Shown here: one piece after another, positions 50,767 through 59,322 of the stretch
Layout of the letters: every line of letters begins with the position of its first letter
Position numbering within the stretch: position 1 is the first letter of the stretch
Virus record (IMG/VR): IMGVR_UViG_3300030060_004280
Coordinates: 32,001 to 96,000 of that record
Strand: one strand, 5' to 3'
Length of the DNA stretch: 64,000 nt
Origin: a virus
Notes under the pieces: generated by a model
The model's database searches: none
What the model saw: only the letters and a program-made list of their open reading frames with translations
Told to the model about the DNA's origin: nothing
Made by a program: the position numbers and the translations under genes

Positions 50767-52620
50767 TTAAAAACCGCTTTCTTGGTTCTTACTTGTAGGG
50801 TCTTTAGCGGCTTCAACAGCGTCAAGAGCCTGTTCAGTTACCGTTTTTTCCGAGCCGCGCTGATTCTTTTTTGAAGTGGGTGCGCCACTCAAGTGCGTTT
50901 CCGAACTAAGAGGCGCGGGTCCATTATCGCGCTGTCCTGTTCCTTCACCAAGTCCCATAGCGCCGCCCTTTTCCATCATCATGATAGCCTGTCCGCCTCC
51001 CGATGCTCCGCCTTGAGGCGGTAGCCCCCCGCCGCCTTGAGGAATCATTGCACCGCCCGGAGGTGTCCCTTGTTGTGGTGGCGGCATAGGCATACCGCCG
51101 CCGGGAGTTGGAGGTGGCATTCCACCCGGAGGCGGCGCTCCACCCGGAGGCGGCGCTCCACCTGCACCACCGGCAGGAGGTTGTTGAGGTTGAGGGTCGG
51201 GCTTCTTGTAAGTGAATCGTATATCTCGCCCTGCATCTTCGGTTAATTCCGGTTGGAAACCAAGCGCTTGCATACGCTGTGCAATATTGACTTCTTGCTC
51301 ATCGCGTCGTAGTCTTGTAACATCATCCTCTTCTTCGTTAGGGTAAAGAGTCAATTCCCATTCGTCGACACCCATTTCTTTCAATAGGCGCGGGAATAGA
51401 TTTTTTGCATATATTTTCTGTCCGTATTCAACAGCACGATTAGTGACAAGAATCTGCATACCCTCATTGTTGAGTCCGCCGGACTTACCTGCGTCCATCA
51501 TAAAGATACTCGATACACCATAAAATGCCGCTATACGCATTCTTACTTCATCACGAACCTGCGCGTATTGCATTTCATCAAGGCTATCCATGAAGCGCAC
51601 AAACTCAACTTTACCTCGACCGGATGCTGATTCTATACCAACTTTCGGAATATAATGAGGGTCGCGTTCCATCTTCTCTTCTGCGCCTTTCCAAAACGAT
51701 GCAGTTGATTGAATGTTATCAGTAGTGATTGCGAGAACACCACGCGGTATTCTTCGCTTTTGATATGCAAGGTAAATGTAATTATCCATAGCGGTAAGAG
51801 TTTGGGCTTGCCTCCACATTGTAGCGACAGGACTACGCCCATACAATTTAGAAGGATTAAACTTACTTGTGTGAATAATTTCACCATCAATGTAATACTG
51901 CGTTTTACCACTACCTGCGGTGTTGATGTAGTGAACATCTTGTAATGGTAGCGAGCAAACTTCACACTTTTTATGGTCGCCATTGTGAGGGTATGTTCTG
52001 TCACGATGAACAGGGCATATGAGATACCTGCCACCTCTTGCTCCGCGCTTATCAGCAACTATCCTCATGAAAGTTGGGTCACCACGCATAACTTCTTTAA
52101 TTCGGAAAAACTCTATACCGCCGCTATCGGGGTCAATGAAATACTCTTTGATAAGAATAAGGAATGCATCATCAACAATGTCTAAATCCCATTCTATTTC
52201 ACGCATAACATCCATAAAAGATTGGTCCATGCTGTTGCGTTGGTCTAACAACCAACGAGGATAAAGAACTTGGTCTGCGCTTGGGCTTTTGAACTCTTCA
52301 TTACCGCATATTCGACATTCTGCAACGGTATCATGATTGTATTCTTCGCCACAATTGGTGCATTTTTTGTGAAACTTTTTTTGCCAATAATGGCCGCGCC
52401 TAAATATTTCTTGACATAGTGTGTTAATTGTAGTTCTCAAAACAACTGATTCTTGAACAGTTGCATATAGCGCGGGAATGCTTACACCTTGAACAAGAAC
52501 AGGCTCTTGAATACCACTTTTCCAAAGCGGCATAATTGGTTCGGGTGTAGTTCTGCGACGGAATGGTTTTGACAAAGACGACAAGAATCTGCCGACTACA
52601 CCTTTCTTTTCTTCAACCAT
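50767..52620 (-). CDS. portal protein with two Zn-finger insertions and Pro/Gly-rich tail
   Basis: 'DLDIVDDAFL', 'LYGRSPV', 'IPRGVL', 'RIAAFYGVS..M...GGLNNEG'; lies between TerL and protease. Confidence 0.9.
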   Translation of the reverse strand: MVEEKKGVVGRFLSSLSKPFRRRTTPEPIMPLWKSGIQEPVLVQGVSIPALYATVQESVVLRTTINTLCQEIFRRGHYWQKKFHKKCTNCGEEYNHDTVAECRICGNEEFKSPSADQVLYPRWLLDQRNSMDQSFMDVMREIEWDLDIVDDAFLILIKEYFIDPDSGGIEFFRIKEVMRGDPTFMRIVADKRGARGGRYLICPVHRDRTYPHNGDHKKCEVCSLPLQDVHYINTAGSGKTQYYIDGEIIHTSKFNPSKLYGRSPVATMWRQAQTLTAMDNYIYLAYQKRRIPRGVLAITTDNIQSTASFWKGAEEKMERDPHYIPKVGIESASGRGKVEFVRFMDSLDEMQYAQVRDEVRMRIAAFYGVSSIFMMDAGKSGGLNNEGMQILVTNRAVEYGQKIYAKNLFPRLLKEMGVDEWELTLYPNEEEDDVTRLRRDEQEVNIAQRMQALGFQPELTEDAGRDIRFTYKKPDPQPQQPPAGGAGGAPPPGGAPPPGGMPPPTPGGGMPMPPPQQGTPPGGAMIPQGGGGLPPQGGASGGGQAIMMMEKGGAMGLGEGTGQRDNGPAPLSSETHLSGAPTSKKNQRGSEKTVTEQALDAVEAAKDPTSKNQESGF

Positions 52621-54056
52621 TAAATCAGCCTCTCTATGCGGTGAATGTCGTCGACGAGCCGTATAACTTCATTGTCGCGCTGTCCCCATGCAAGAACTTC
52701 TGCCTCATCAACTTTCCACTCTCGGAGCAATTTATCACGCTCTTCGGGAACATCTTTCCAATTTTCCCACTTCACTATACGATATAATTCTTCTCTTCGT
52801 GATTTAACAAGGTTGCTTTTAGACCCTCTTAAATCGAGTAAATGCAATACTGCGTTGGCTTGATTCTTTTTCATTTGTAAATGAGGCGTTATACCTTTGA
52901 GTAATTTGCGCAAATCATCAGCACCATAAAACTGCAAACGATGTTGTGTGCGCTTACTATTCTTGTGTATTTTCAAATCAGTCTGTAACACTCCGCATCC
53001 AAGCGACTTATGCAATTGCTCACAATGCAACTTGCCCCTACCCCCTGTCGCTACAAACCCTGCTCTTGGTTCTCCGCGTTTTGTGATTGTGATATACCCG
53101 TCAGCATCGAGAAATCCTGCGGCATAAGCCCATATATCTTTGACAATTACAGTATCGTCTTGTATGATTCCATAGTTAGTGCCTATCTTTTCAATATCAT
53201 ATTCGACACCATGCATCTTCAACAAAGATGCCATTTTTCTAATAGTTAGATGTTTAGGTGAACCTATTGAATTGTATATTTCATTTGAAGATAGTGGACC
53301 TCTTTCTATAAGAATGTCTGCTGAACGCGTAAGCCATATTGCTTCTTGTTTCTTTATGTCGTCTATCGGATGCAATGTCTTTCTCCATTGGGATTTGGCA
53401 TCCTTTCTCATTTGTCTTGAATCAAGCCATAATTGCAATTGGTCTTGGTTAAAGTCACCTTCTATTTGAGATAATTTAGTAATTACATCGTTAGCCTTCT
53501 CCCACATAGCGCATGCTCTTCGCAAAGACATTTCCTTTGTCACGCCATGTTTTCTCAAAGCGTGTAAGTTTCTATCGGAAACTCCAAGAGCGCGTATAGA
53601 TGATAAGTGCTTATTAGCCCACGGTATAGATTTCAATGTTGATTCAACCTCTTCTTTTTTCGCAATTCGTATAGCGTCTATGGCAAGGTCTATGTCTTCT
53701 CGCATATCTTTTCTATCGCGTCGCGCCATTCGCAACTCCTTCACCATTGATTCTGCATCTTTTCCAAACATTGATTGAAACCAACCATTGTGAGGCATAG
53801 CGCTTTTGAGTTGTTGCGTAGGTTGAACTGATTGTTGTTGCGCTACCACTTCTTGTATTTTCTTTTTCTCTTTATCCTGTTCCATCGCATCGGGTTGAGA
53901 TGGGGTTGTTGGTGCGGATAATTCACCTTCTCCTTGTGACTGTGTTTTAGGAGCATCGCCCATATTTGGATTTGCTACTGTTCCTGTTGCTTTACGCAGA
54001 ATGGCATCTATTTCTTCATCCCTAAGAATAGAGCCGGTCCACATTAACAATTCCAC
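52620..54056 (-). CDS. fusion protein: helical N-terminus, winged-HTH-like segment, single LAGLIDADG domain
   Basis: 'WAYAAGFLDADGYITI', 'LHKSLGCG', 'LLKGITPHLQMKKNQA'. Confidence 0.85.
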   Translation of the reverse strand: MELLMWTGSILRDEEIDAILRKATGTVANPNMGDAPKTQSQGEGELSAPTTPSQPDAMEQDKEKKKIQEVVAQQQSVQPTQQLKSAMPHNGWFQSMFGKDAESMVKELRMARRDRKDMREDIDLAIDAIRIAKKEEVESTLKSIPWANKHLSSIRALGVSDRNLHALRKHGVTKEMSLRRACAMWEKANDVITKLSQIEGDFNQDQLQLWLDSRQMRKDAKSQWRKTLHPIDDIKKQEAIWLTRSADILIERGPLSSNEIYNSIGSPKHLTIRKMASLLKMHGVEYDIEKIGTNYGIIQDDTVIVKDIWAYAAGFLDADGYITITKRGEPRAGFVATGGRGKLHCEQLHKSLGCGVLQTDLKIHKNSKRTQHRLQFYGADDLRKLLKGITPHLQMKKNQANAVLHLLDLRGSKSNLVKSRREELYRIVKWENWKDVPEERDKLLREWKVDEAEVLAWGQRDNEVIRLVDDIHRIERLI

Positions 54057-54457
54057 CTTTTCAAAGCCGCGCCTTTCGGAGTCAATTTACCGCCTTTACT
54101 TGTTGGTCCTTTCACTCCACCCATTCTCGCACAAAACGATTTGCGCCTTTTTGCTTTTTTACCACCGGGTTTCAACTTACTCGGTTTAGTTGTAACCGGA
54201 GGTTTTAGATTCGCGCCGCTTTTTCGCTTTGCGGCGGCTCGACCTTTAGCGTTCAATCCACCTTTACGGCTGTGTTTATTTGGATTGTAACCATGAAACG
54301 GCTTGCTTTTCTTTTTGGCTTTGAGAACTTCAAGAGCAACTTGAACAGGTGAGCAACAATCACAAAATGTAACCTCTTTTGCTATATCGCTATCATTCAT
54401 CATCGCTAACTCTTCTGCCGTTATTGGCTCATGTTCTATGTATTCGTATTCTGTCAA
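54044..54457 (-). CDS. tagged highly basic protein
   Basis: Acidic leader ending 'SPVQVALEVLKA', then 'GGLNAKGR..NLKPPV..RRKSFCARM..ALKRWNC', a basic module I recall from marine phages. Confidence 0.8.
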   Translation of the reverse strand: MTEYEYIEHEPITAEELAMMNDSDIAKEVTFCDCCSPVQVALEVLKAKKKSKPFHGYNPNKHSRKGGLNAKGRAAAKRKSGANLKPPVTTKPSKLKPGGKKAKRRKSFCARMGGVKGPTSKGGKLTPKGAALKRWNC

Positions 54458-55854
54458 TCAATCAACCCCGCCATCATTTCATCAATGTCGACTATTCTTT
54501 CACGGAACTCGGTAGTTCCCCAATGCGCTAATGCAAGCGCGATAGCAAAGTCATCATGTCGCCCGATGCTATCTAACTTACCCTTCTTAGACATACCGAA
54601 CATGAGTAGTTCCCGTTCTAACTCGCTCATAAGGGTTCGGGAGTTTTCATCACCCCACGGTAATCTTAACTGTTCTTTTTCAAAACGCATAACCAACCCC
54701 ATCAATAATGATTCTCGGCGTTGACGCGTTGAAATAAATGTCTTAATTGGTAAATCTGTATCTGCGCGTAGTTCAGTTGCAAACACACGCTGAAAGTTGT
54801 TGGCTTCAAGTTCTATAACCATAGGTGCAAACTTGGCATTGATTTTCTGTATCTCCATAATTTGTGTTCGGAAATCCATATTCTTTCTGCGAACTACATG
54901 CACTAATTCAAGCAGTTCGGGATTGGTTGATGGGCGGCGTAATACCACCATAACAGTATAGTCAGCGCTTCTATCCGATGAAATAGCGGGGTCCCAACCG
55001 ACAAAGTATTGGTCGTCGGGGTCGCCTTCTGCTCTATTGATAATTCTTAAATCGCTATCTTTAGCGGCCTGTAATACCAACGATGGGAATAAACTGCTCA
55101 TATCGTCCATCGGTTCACAAAGATATTCTCGCGCAAAAGCAATAGCGGGCATATCGTTACGCCTCGCATCAAGTGAATCTAAATCCCAACGCTCCGGCCA
55201 TAGCGCTACACCCTTTGAGTTGATAGCGGGATATGTTTCAACAAGGTAACCCTCACGCTGTTCTAACTCGGTGTAAAGGTCAGTCGGTGTAAAAGGTGTT
55301 CCGACAATCATTAATTTTGAAGTGTGGTGAAGTGTAGGAACAAGAACTTCATAAAACCAACTTGCAACTCTTTGCAATTCTGTATCTGTTGTTCCCCACA
55401 GAATGTCGTCACAAAGAATCAAGTCCGGGTGAATACCACGGATAGCGCCACCAACCGACTTCGCGCTAATGTTAGAACCGTTGCTAAATCCAAAGAATGT
55501 TTTAGACCACGCATCGGCTTTTTTCATTTTTGCTAAAAATGGTATTCCGTCAATCAAATCGTTTAATGTGCGCATATGGTGTATAGACTGATGCAAACTG
55601 TGGCTGATAAGAACCGCTTTACATTTTGGATTGAACGCTACTTTCCAAAGCAAATAGCCGAGAAATAGCGTTGACTTACCGTGGTCCCTTGCCGCTTTTA
55701 CACAATAGCGCTTTTGAGTTTCAAGATTATTATACCATTCTTCGTGATGATGTGATAACTGAAAGCCAAGAATATCTTCAAAGAAGAACTTGAAGTCGCG
55801 CTTCGCTACTTCATAATCTATCTCTTCAAGTGTTTCAAGGCTCAAGCCCTGCAT
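54454..55854 (-). CDS. terL: terminase large subunit
   Basis: Walker A 'ARDHGKST', Walker B 'ILCDDI', 'IVGTP', nuclease 'VGWDPA' and 'HDDFAIALALA'. Confidence 0.95.
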   Translation of the reverse strand: MQGLSLETLEEIDYEVAKRDFKFFFEDILGFQLSHHHEEWYNNLETQKRYCVKAARDHGKSTLFLGYLLWKVAFNPKCKAVLISHSLHQSIHHMRTLNDLIDGIPFLAKMKKADAWSKTFFGFSNGSNISAKSVGGAIRGIHPDLILCDDILWGTTDTELQRVASWFYEVLVPTLHHTSKLMIVGTPFTPTDLYTELEQREGYLVETYPAINSKGVALWPERWDLDSLDARRNDMPAIAFAREYLCEPMDDMSSLFPSLVLQAAKDSDLRIINRAEGDPDDQYFVGWDPAISSDRSADYTVMVVLRRPSTNPELLELVHVVRRKNMDFRTQIMEIQKINAKFAPMVIELEANNFQRVFATELRADTDLPIKTFISTRQRRESLLMGLVMRFEKEQLRLPWGDENSRTLMSELERELLMFGMSKKGKLDSIGRHDDFAIALALAHWGTTEFRERIVDIDEMMAGLID

Positions 55855-55858
55855 GCGC

Positions 55859-57535
55859 TCACCTCACATTCAACCTTTTCAGTAGCAAACCATATTCCGG
55901 TATTTCATCATATGAGGCTAATATACCCGTTCCATCATCATCACCTTCGTCAAACTCCATTGGCTCTTCTTTAGGCTCTTCTTTCTTAGGCTTCTCTTCT
56001 TCATCGAAGTCCATTGGTTCTTCTTTAGGTTCTTCTTTCTTAGGAGTAGCCTTTGCCTTCTTAGGCTTGGCATCTTTCTTAGGAGTAGTCTTCTTCTTAG
56101 GTTTAGCCTCTTTCTTAGGTTTAGCCTCTTTCTTAGGAGTAGCCTTCTTAGCCTTTGGTTTAGCGGGCTTTGCTTCTTCTTTTGCCGGTGGTGCTTCTTC
56201 TCCTGCACCCGCGTCTTCGACAATTTGCTCCGCTACATCGGGGCTTACATTGAAAGAATCCATAATTAGTTTTATTATTCCCTTTTTATCCATGTCGCTA
56301 CCGCGAGGACCTTTGAATCCATGAACTGCTTCAACTAATTCTTTCTTAGTAGGATTTCTGCCTTCTGCTTTCGCTTTATCAACAAGAGGTTGGATAGCGG
56401 CAACCCACTTCTTAGCCGTCTTCTTTGAATAATTATCGTTAATGGCTTGTTGCCAAGAGTTTGCATCACCCTCATCTTTCTGCGGTTTAGCCGATATATC
56501 AGTTGGCATTTTTTCTTCGGGTCCTTGAACCGGCGTATCAGTCATTGCTTCTTCGGGTATTCCTTCTCCCATTTCTCGTATTTTTTCTTCTAATTGTGGG
56601 TCGGTATCTTCATCAAATGGTATTTCTCCTTGCTCATGCATCATTGATGGGTCTAATGTTCTGCCTACTGATTCCATCCTTTGCGGATATGGCGGTTCGG
56701 GATTCTTCATTGGGTTGGGGTCTGCTTTCCACTTCGCGTTTGCCCTATCCTTCATTCTCTCTTCGTTAGTTCTGCCTAATCTTCTCGCTTCATCAGTTGC
56801 ACCTACTTTATCTTCGGCTTGTGTTAACAACTTAACATTGTGGTCGTAAATCTGTCTTTGGGAGGGCGACATATCATCGGGGTCAATTCCCGCAAATCTG
56901 TTTAGAACATTTTGAGCATCTAACTTTGTTCTATTAGCCTGTCTTTGAGTTGAAGCATCTTTCATACCTTGTAACCCTGTAATCAAACGGGCTTTTGGAT
57001 TGAGTCTATCGCGAAGTCGATAGCGTTCTTTCATCTTTCCTGCCGTTCCTGCCGAAGCATCAAGAGCGCCGCCACGCGAATGAGCGCCACCTGTGAAAAG
57101 ATTCTTGACTCCCGCTACTAATGCTTGACCGGGTTTTCCTGCTTGCATCAATTCCGCACCTGTTGGTTTTGGATTGTAATTAAGAGGATTCCCTTGTGAA
57201 TCTTTTGCGTTTTGTTGCGCTTGCATTCTTTCTTGATATGCCGCAACTTGTTGTGCGTTAATAGCGTCTTTCATATTTCGAGGTTGTGACGCTTGTGTTT
57301 GTTGCGCTACATCCTTCAACAGTATATCGGGGTGTGTGTTTAGCGCGGATGATGCGGCTTTGATAAGAGGCATGGATGTATCATCTTGTATATCCCAAAC
57401 GACATAGTTAATATCAGCCCAACTATGCCCTTTTGCTATCATAAACTCGTAAGTTCCGATAACTTTACCGCTTTTTATCATGTATGAGTTCCATTCTAAT
57501 TCTGTTTCAATATTCATGTTAATGCCTCCAAACAC
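55859..57535 (-). CDS. low-complexity protein with histone H1-like Lys/Pro/Ala repeats
   Basis: KKATPKKEAKPKKEAKPKK... then duplicated KKEEPKEEPM[DE]FDE. Confidence 0.8.
   Translation of the reverse strand: MFGGINMNIETELEWNSYMIKSGKVIGTYEFMIAKGHSWADINYVVWDIQDDTSMPLIKAASSALNTHPDILLKDVAQQTQASQPRNMKDAINAQQVAAYQERMQAQQNAKDSQGNPLNYNPKPTGAELMQAGKPGQALVAGVKNLFTGGAHSRGGALDASAGTAGKMKERYRLRDRLNPKARLITGLQGMKDASTQRQANRTKLDAQNVLNRFAGIDPDDMSPSQRQIYDHNVKLLTQAEDKVGATDEARRLGRTNEERMKDRANAKWKADPNPMKNPEPPYPQRMESVGRTLDPSMMHEQGEIPFDEDTDPQLEEKIREMGEGIPEEAMTDTPVQGPEEKMPTDISAKPQKDEGDANSWQQAINDNYSKKTAKKWVAAIQPLVDKAKAEGRNPTKKELVEAVHGFKGPRGSDMDKKGIIKLIMDSFNVSPDVAEQIVEDAGAGEEAPPAKEEAKPAKPKAKKATPKKEAKPKKEAKPKKKTTPKKDAKPKKAKATPKKEEPKEEPMDFDEEEKPKKEEPKEEPMEFDEGDDDGTGILASYDEIPEYGLLLKRLNVR
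55950..56190 (-). repeat. coding tandem repeats (PKKEAK / PKKEEPKEEPM)
   Basis: Repeated 'ttcttagg' units, with a tandem 18-nt unit (ttcttaggtttagcctct) around 56094-56137. Confidence 0.85.
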
Positions 57536-59322
57536 GACGCTTTGATAATGTCAACCACATCGCGCCCTACTTGAAAATGTTCCGCTACTTTCGACCAATC
57601 TCCAATACTCATAGCAATAGCGCGAACATCTGTTGATTCAAGGTCAAGTTGTTTCGCTAAAACTATCATATGGTTTCGATTATGAGGATTTAGATTAGTA
57701 TATTGAACGCTTTTCATTATTTGCGCGTTTTCCCATGTGTCGTGCATTTGCACTCTTTCCATAACTGCGGCGATAGCGCCCATCGGGTCGTCAAAAGAAG
57801 TCATAAAATTATCATCTTGTTGATTACGCATTGTTGTCGTCCCTTCGGGCGCAAATGGGTCATTCGCTGATGGACCCGCGCCAAGATTAGGGTCATTCAA
57901 AGGTGGACCACCACCTACACCTGCGGGTGGTAATTGTTGATTTTCCATCATTGGGTCATAATCTCCTACACTAATATGGTCGGGTAATTGGTCGTGAAGG
58001 TGTCCTAACTCATCTGTTATTCTGCCATGCATTTCATGATGCTCTTGAGCAATACCCATGTTCATCAAATCAACAGGTCTGCCTCCTTGTTGTATAGCGA
58101 ATGATTTCCAACCGCTAATAACTGATGCCGGAGGTTTTGAAATACCAAGCGCGGGTGTAATATCAACCCCTAACTCTTCTGCTGTTTTGAGAGTAGCCAA
58201 TATTCTCTTCGCCGCGTCTGTTCTGCCTCTATCAGCACCACCAATTCTCCCGTCAAAGTGACTTCTATGCTTATGATACATGTCCGCTATGGTGTTATCT
58301 TTGTTTTGACCGTCTATACCAATGTATGTCTGTATTCGATTGACGATATTATTGAGTTGAGTGGCTGAACCCTTTTTGCCTCGACCCATAATTAACTGTG
58401 CGGCGGGTGCGCGAGCCATTGCTTCTGCTCTTCGCGCTGATACACCTTCTCTAACTAACGCATTTATCACTTGTAGCGGTGGCCTACCCTTTGAAGTAGG
58501 AACAAAAAACGCATCCGGTAAAGATGCGATAATATCAGCAGGTCTTATCTGCCCGTATTGGGTTTTTTCATTATATTTTTCCGAGCCATATTCGGGAAAA
58601 TGGTGATTATCTTTACTTGTTGGGTCTTTCATGTTACTGCTGTATCTTTCAAGAAGGCTTCTCATTCTGTATGAACCATCAGCCATCTTTTCGGGTGCGC
58701 GAACTATATGTTGAGGCTCAAGAACATTTTGCCTCGCTCCTAAATCGCTTTCAACGCCTAACGCTTGTATAATTTTACGGAACTCTTTTTCAAAATGGAA
58801 CGCTCCCGACTCAAGGAAACGACCGAGAGTGTTATGTCTAACGCTATTATAGTGCAAATTGATGAGTTGACCCTTTGAATCTCGCGTTTTTCTTGCAGAA
58901 GTTGGAACATTTCGTGCTTCGTGTTGCCCGTAATGATTACTTTTGTATTCGGGATGCAAATTACCGTTCTCATCAAAGGGAATTGGCACAGTATGAAAGT
59001 TATCACCTTCGTTTCTTTTAGTCCTGTTGAAGTCGATAGCGGCTTTATTCATGATTTCTTTAGCCTTTTGTAGCGCTAAATTACCCGGAAACATTTGCCT
59101 TAACTTTTTATTTTCTGCAAGATACCTTGCCGCCGCCTCCATAGGCCAATGACGCATGTTATCGGGTATCTCTTTGTGCGGTTTCCCTGTTGAATGGTCT
59201 ATATGAAAATGTGACATTTCTTTATGCGGTGAACTCGGATGAGGAAATGACATTGGAATCAATTTACCTCCTGCTCCGCGCTTATACACACCTTTTCCCT
59301 TGATGATATTATCATTCATCAT
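57514..59322 (-). CDS. hypothetical 602-aa basic, His-rich protein
   Basis: Long ORF coupled to neighbours; no recognised catalytic motif. Confidence 0.8.
   Translation of the reverse strand: MMNDNIIKGKGVYKRGAGGKLIPMSFPHPSSPHKEMSHFHIDHSTGKPHKEIPDNMRHWPMEAAARYLAENKKLRQMFPGNLALQKAKEIMNKAAIDFNRTKRNEGDNFHTVPIPFDENGNLHPEYKSNHYGQHEARNVPTSARKTRDSKGQLINLHYNSVRHNTLGRFLESGAFHFEKEFRKIIQALGVESDLGARQNVLEPQHIVRAPEKMADGSYRMRSLLERYSSNMKDPTSKDNHHFPEYGSEKYNEKTQYGQIRPADIIASLPDAFFVPTSKGRPPLQVINALVREGVSARRAEAMARAPAAQLIMGRGKKGSATQLNNIVNRIQTYIGIDGQNKDNTIADMYHKHRSHFDGRIGGADRGRTDAAKRILATLKTAEELGVDITPALGISKPPASVISGWKSFAIQQGGRPVDLMNMGIAQEHHEMHGRITDELGHLHDQLPDHISVGDYDPMMENQQLPPAGVGGGPPLNDPNLGAGPSANDPFAPEGTTTMRNQQDDNFMTSFDDPMGAIAAVMERVQMHDTWENAQIMKSVQYTNLNPHNRNHMIVLAKQLDLESTDVRAIAMSIGDWSKVAEHFQVGRDVVDIIKASCLEALT

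Noticed and set aside
52620-54056. LAGLIDADG as an intein or intron in terminase or portal
   Set aside because: TerL and portal are intact separate ORFs, and there is no N-terminal Cys/Ser or C-terminal His-Asn splice signature.
55950-56190. Short DNA repeats as a CRISPR array or origin
   Set aside because: Repeats are in-frame, degenerate and have no unique spacers; they encode Lys/Pro/Glu repeats.
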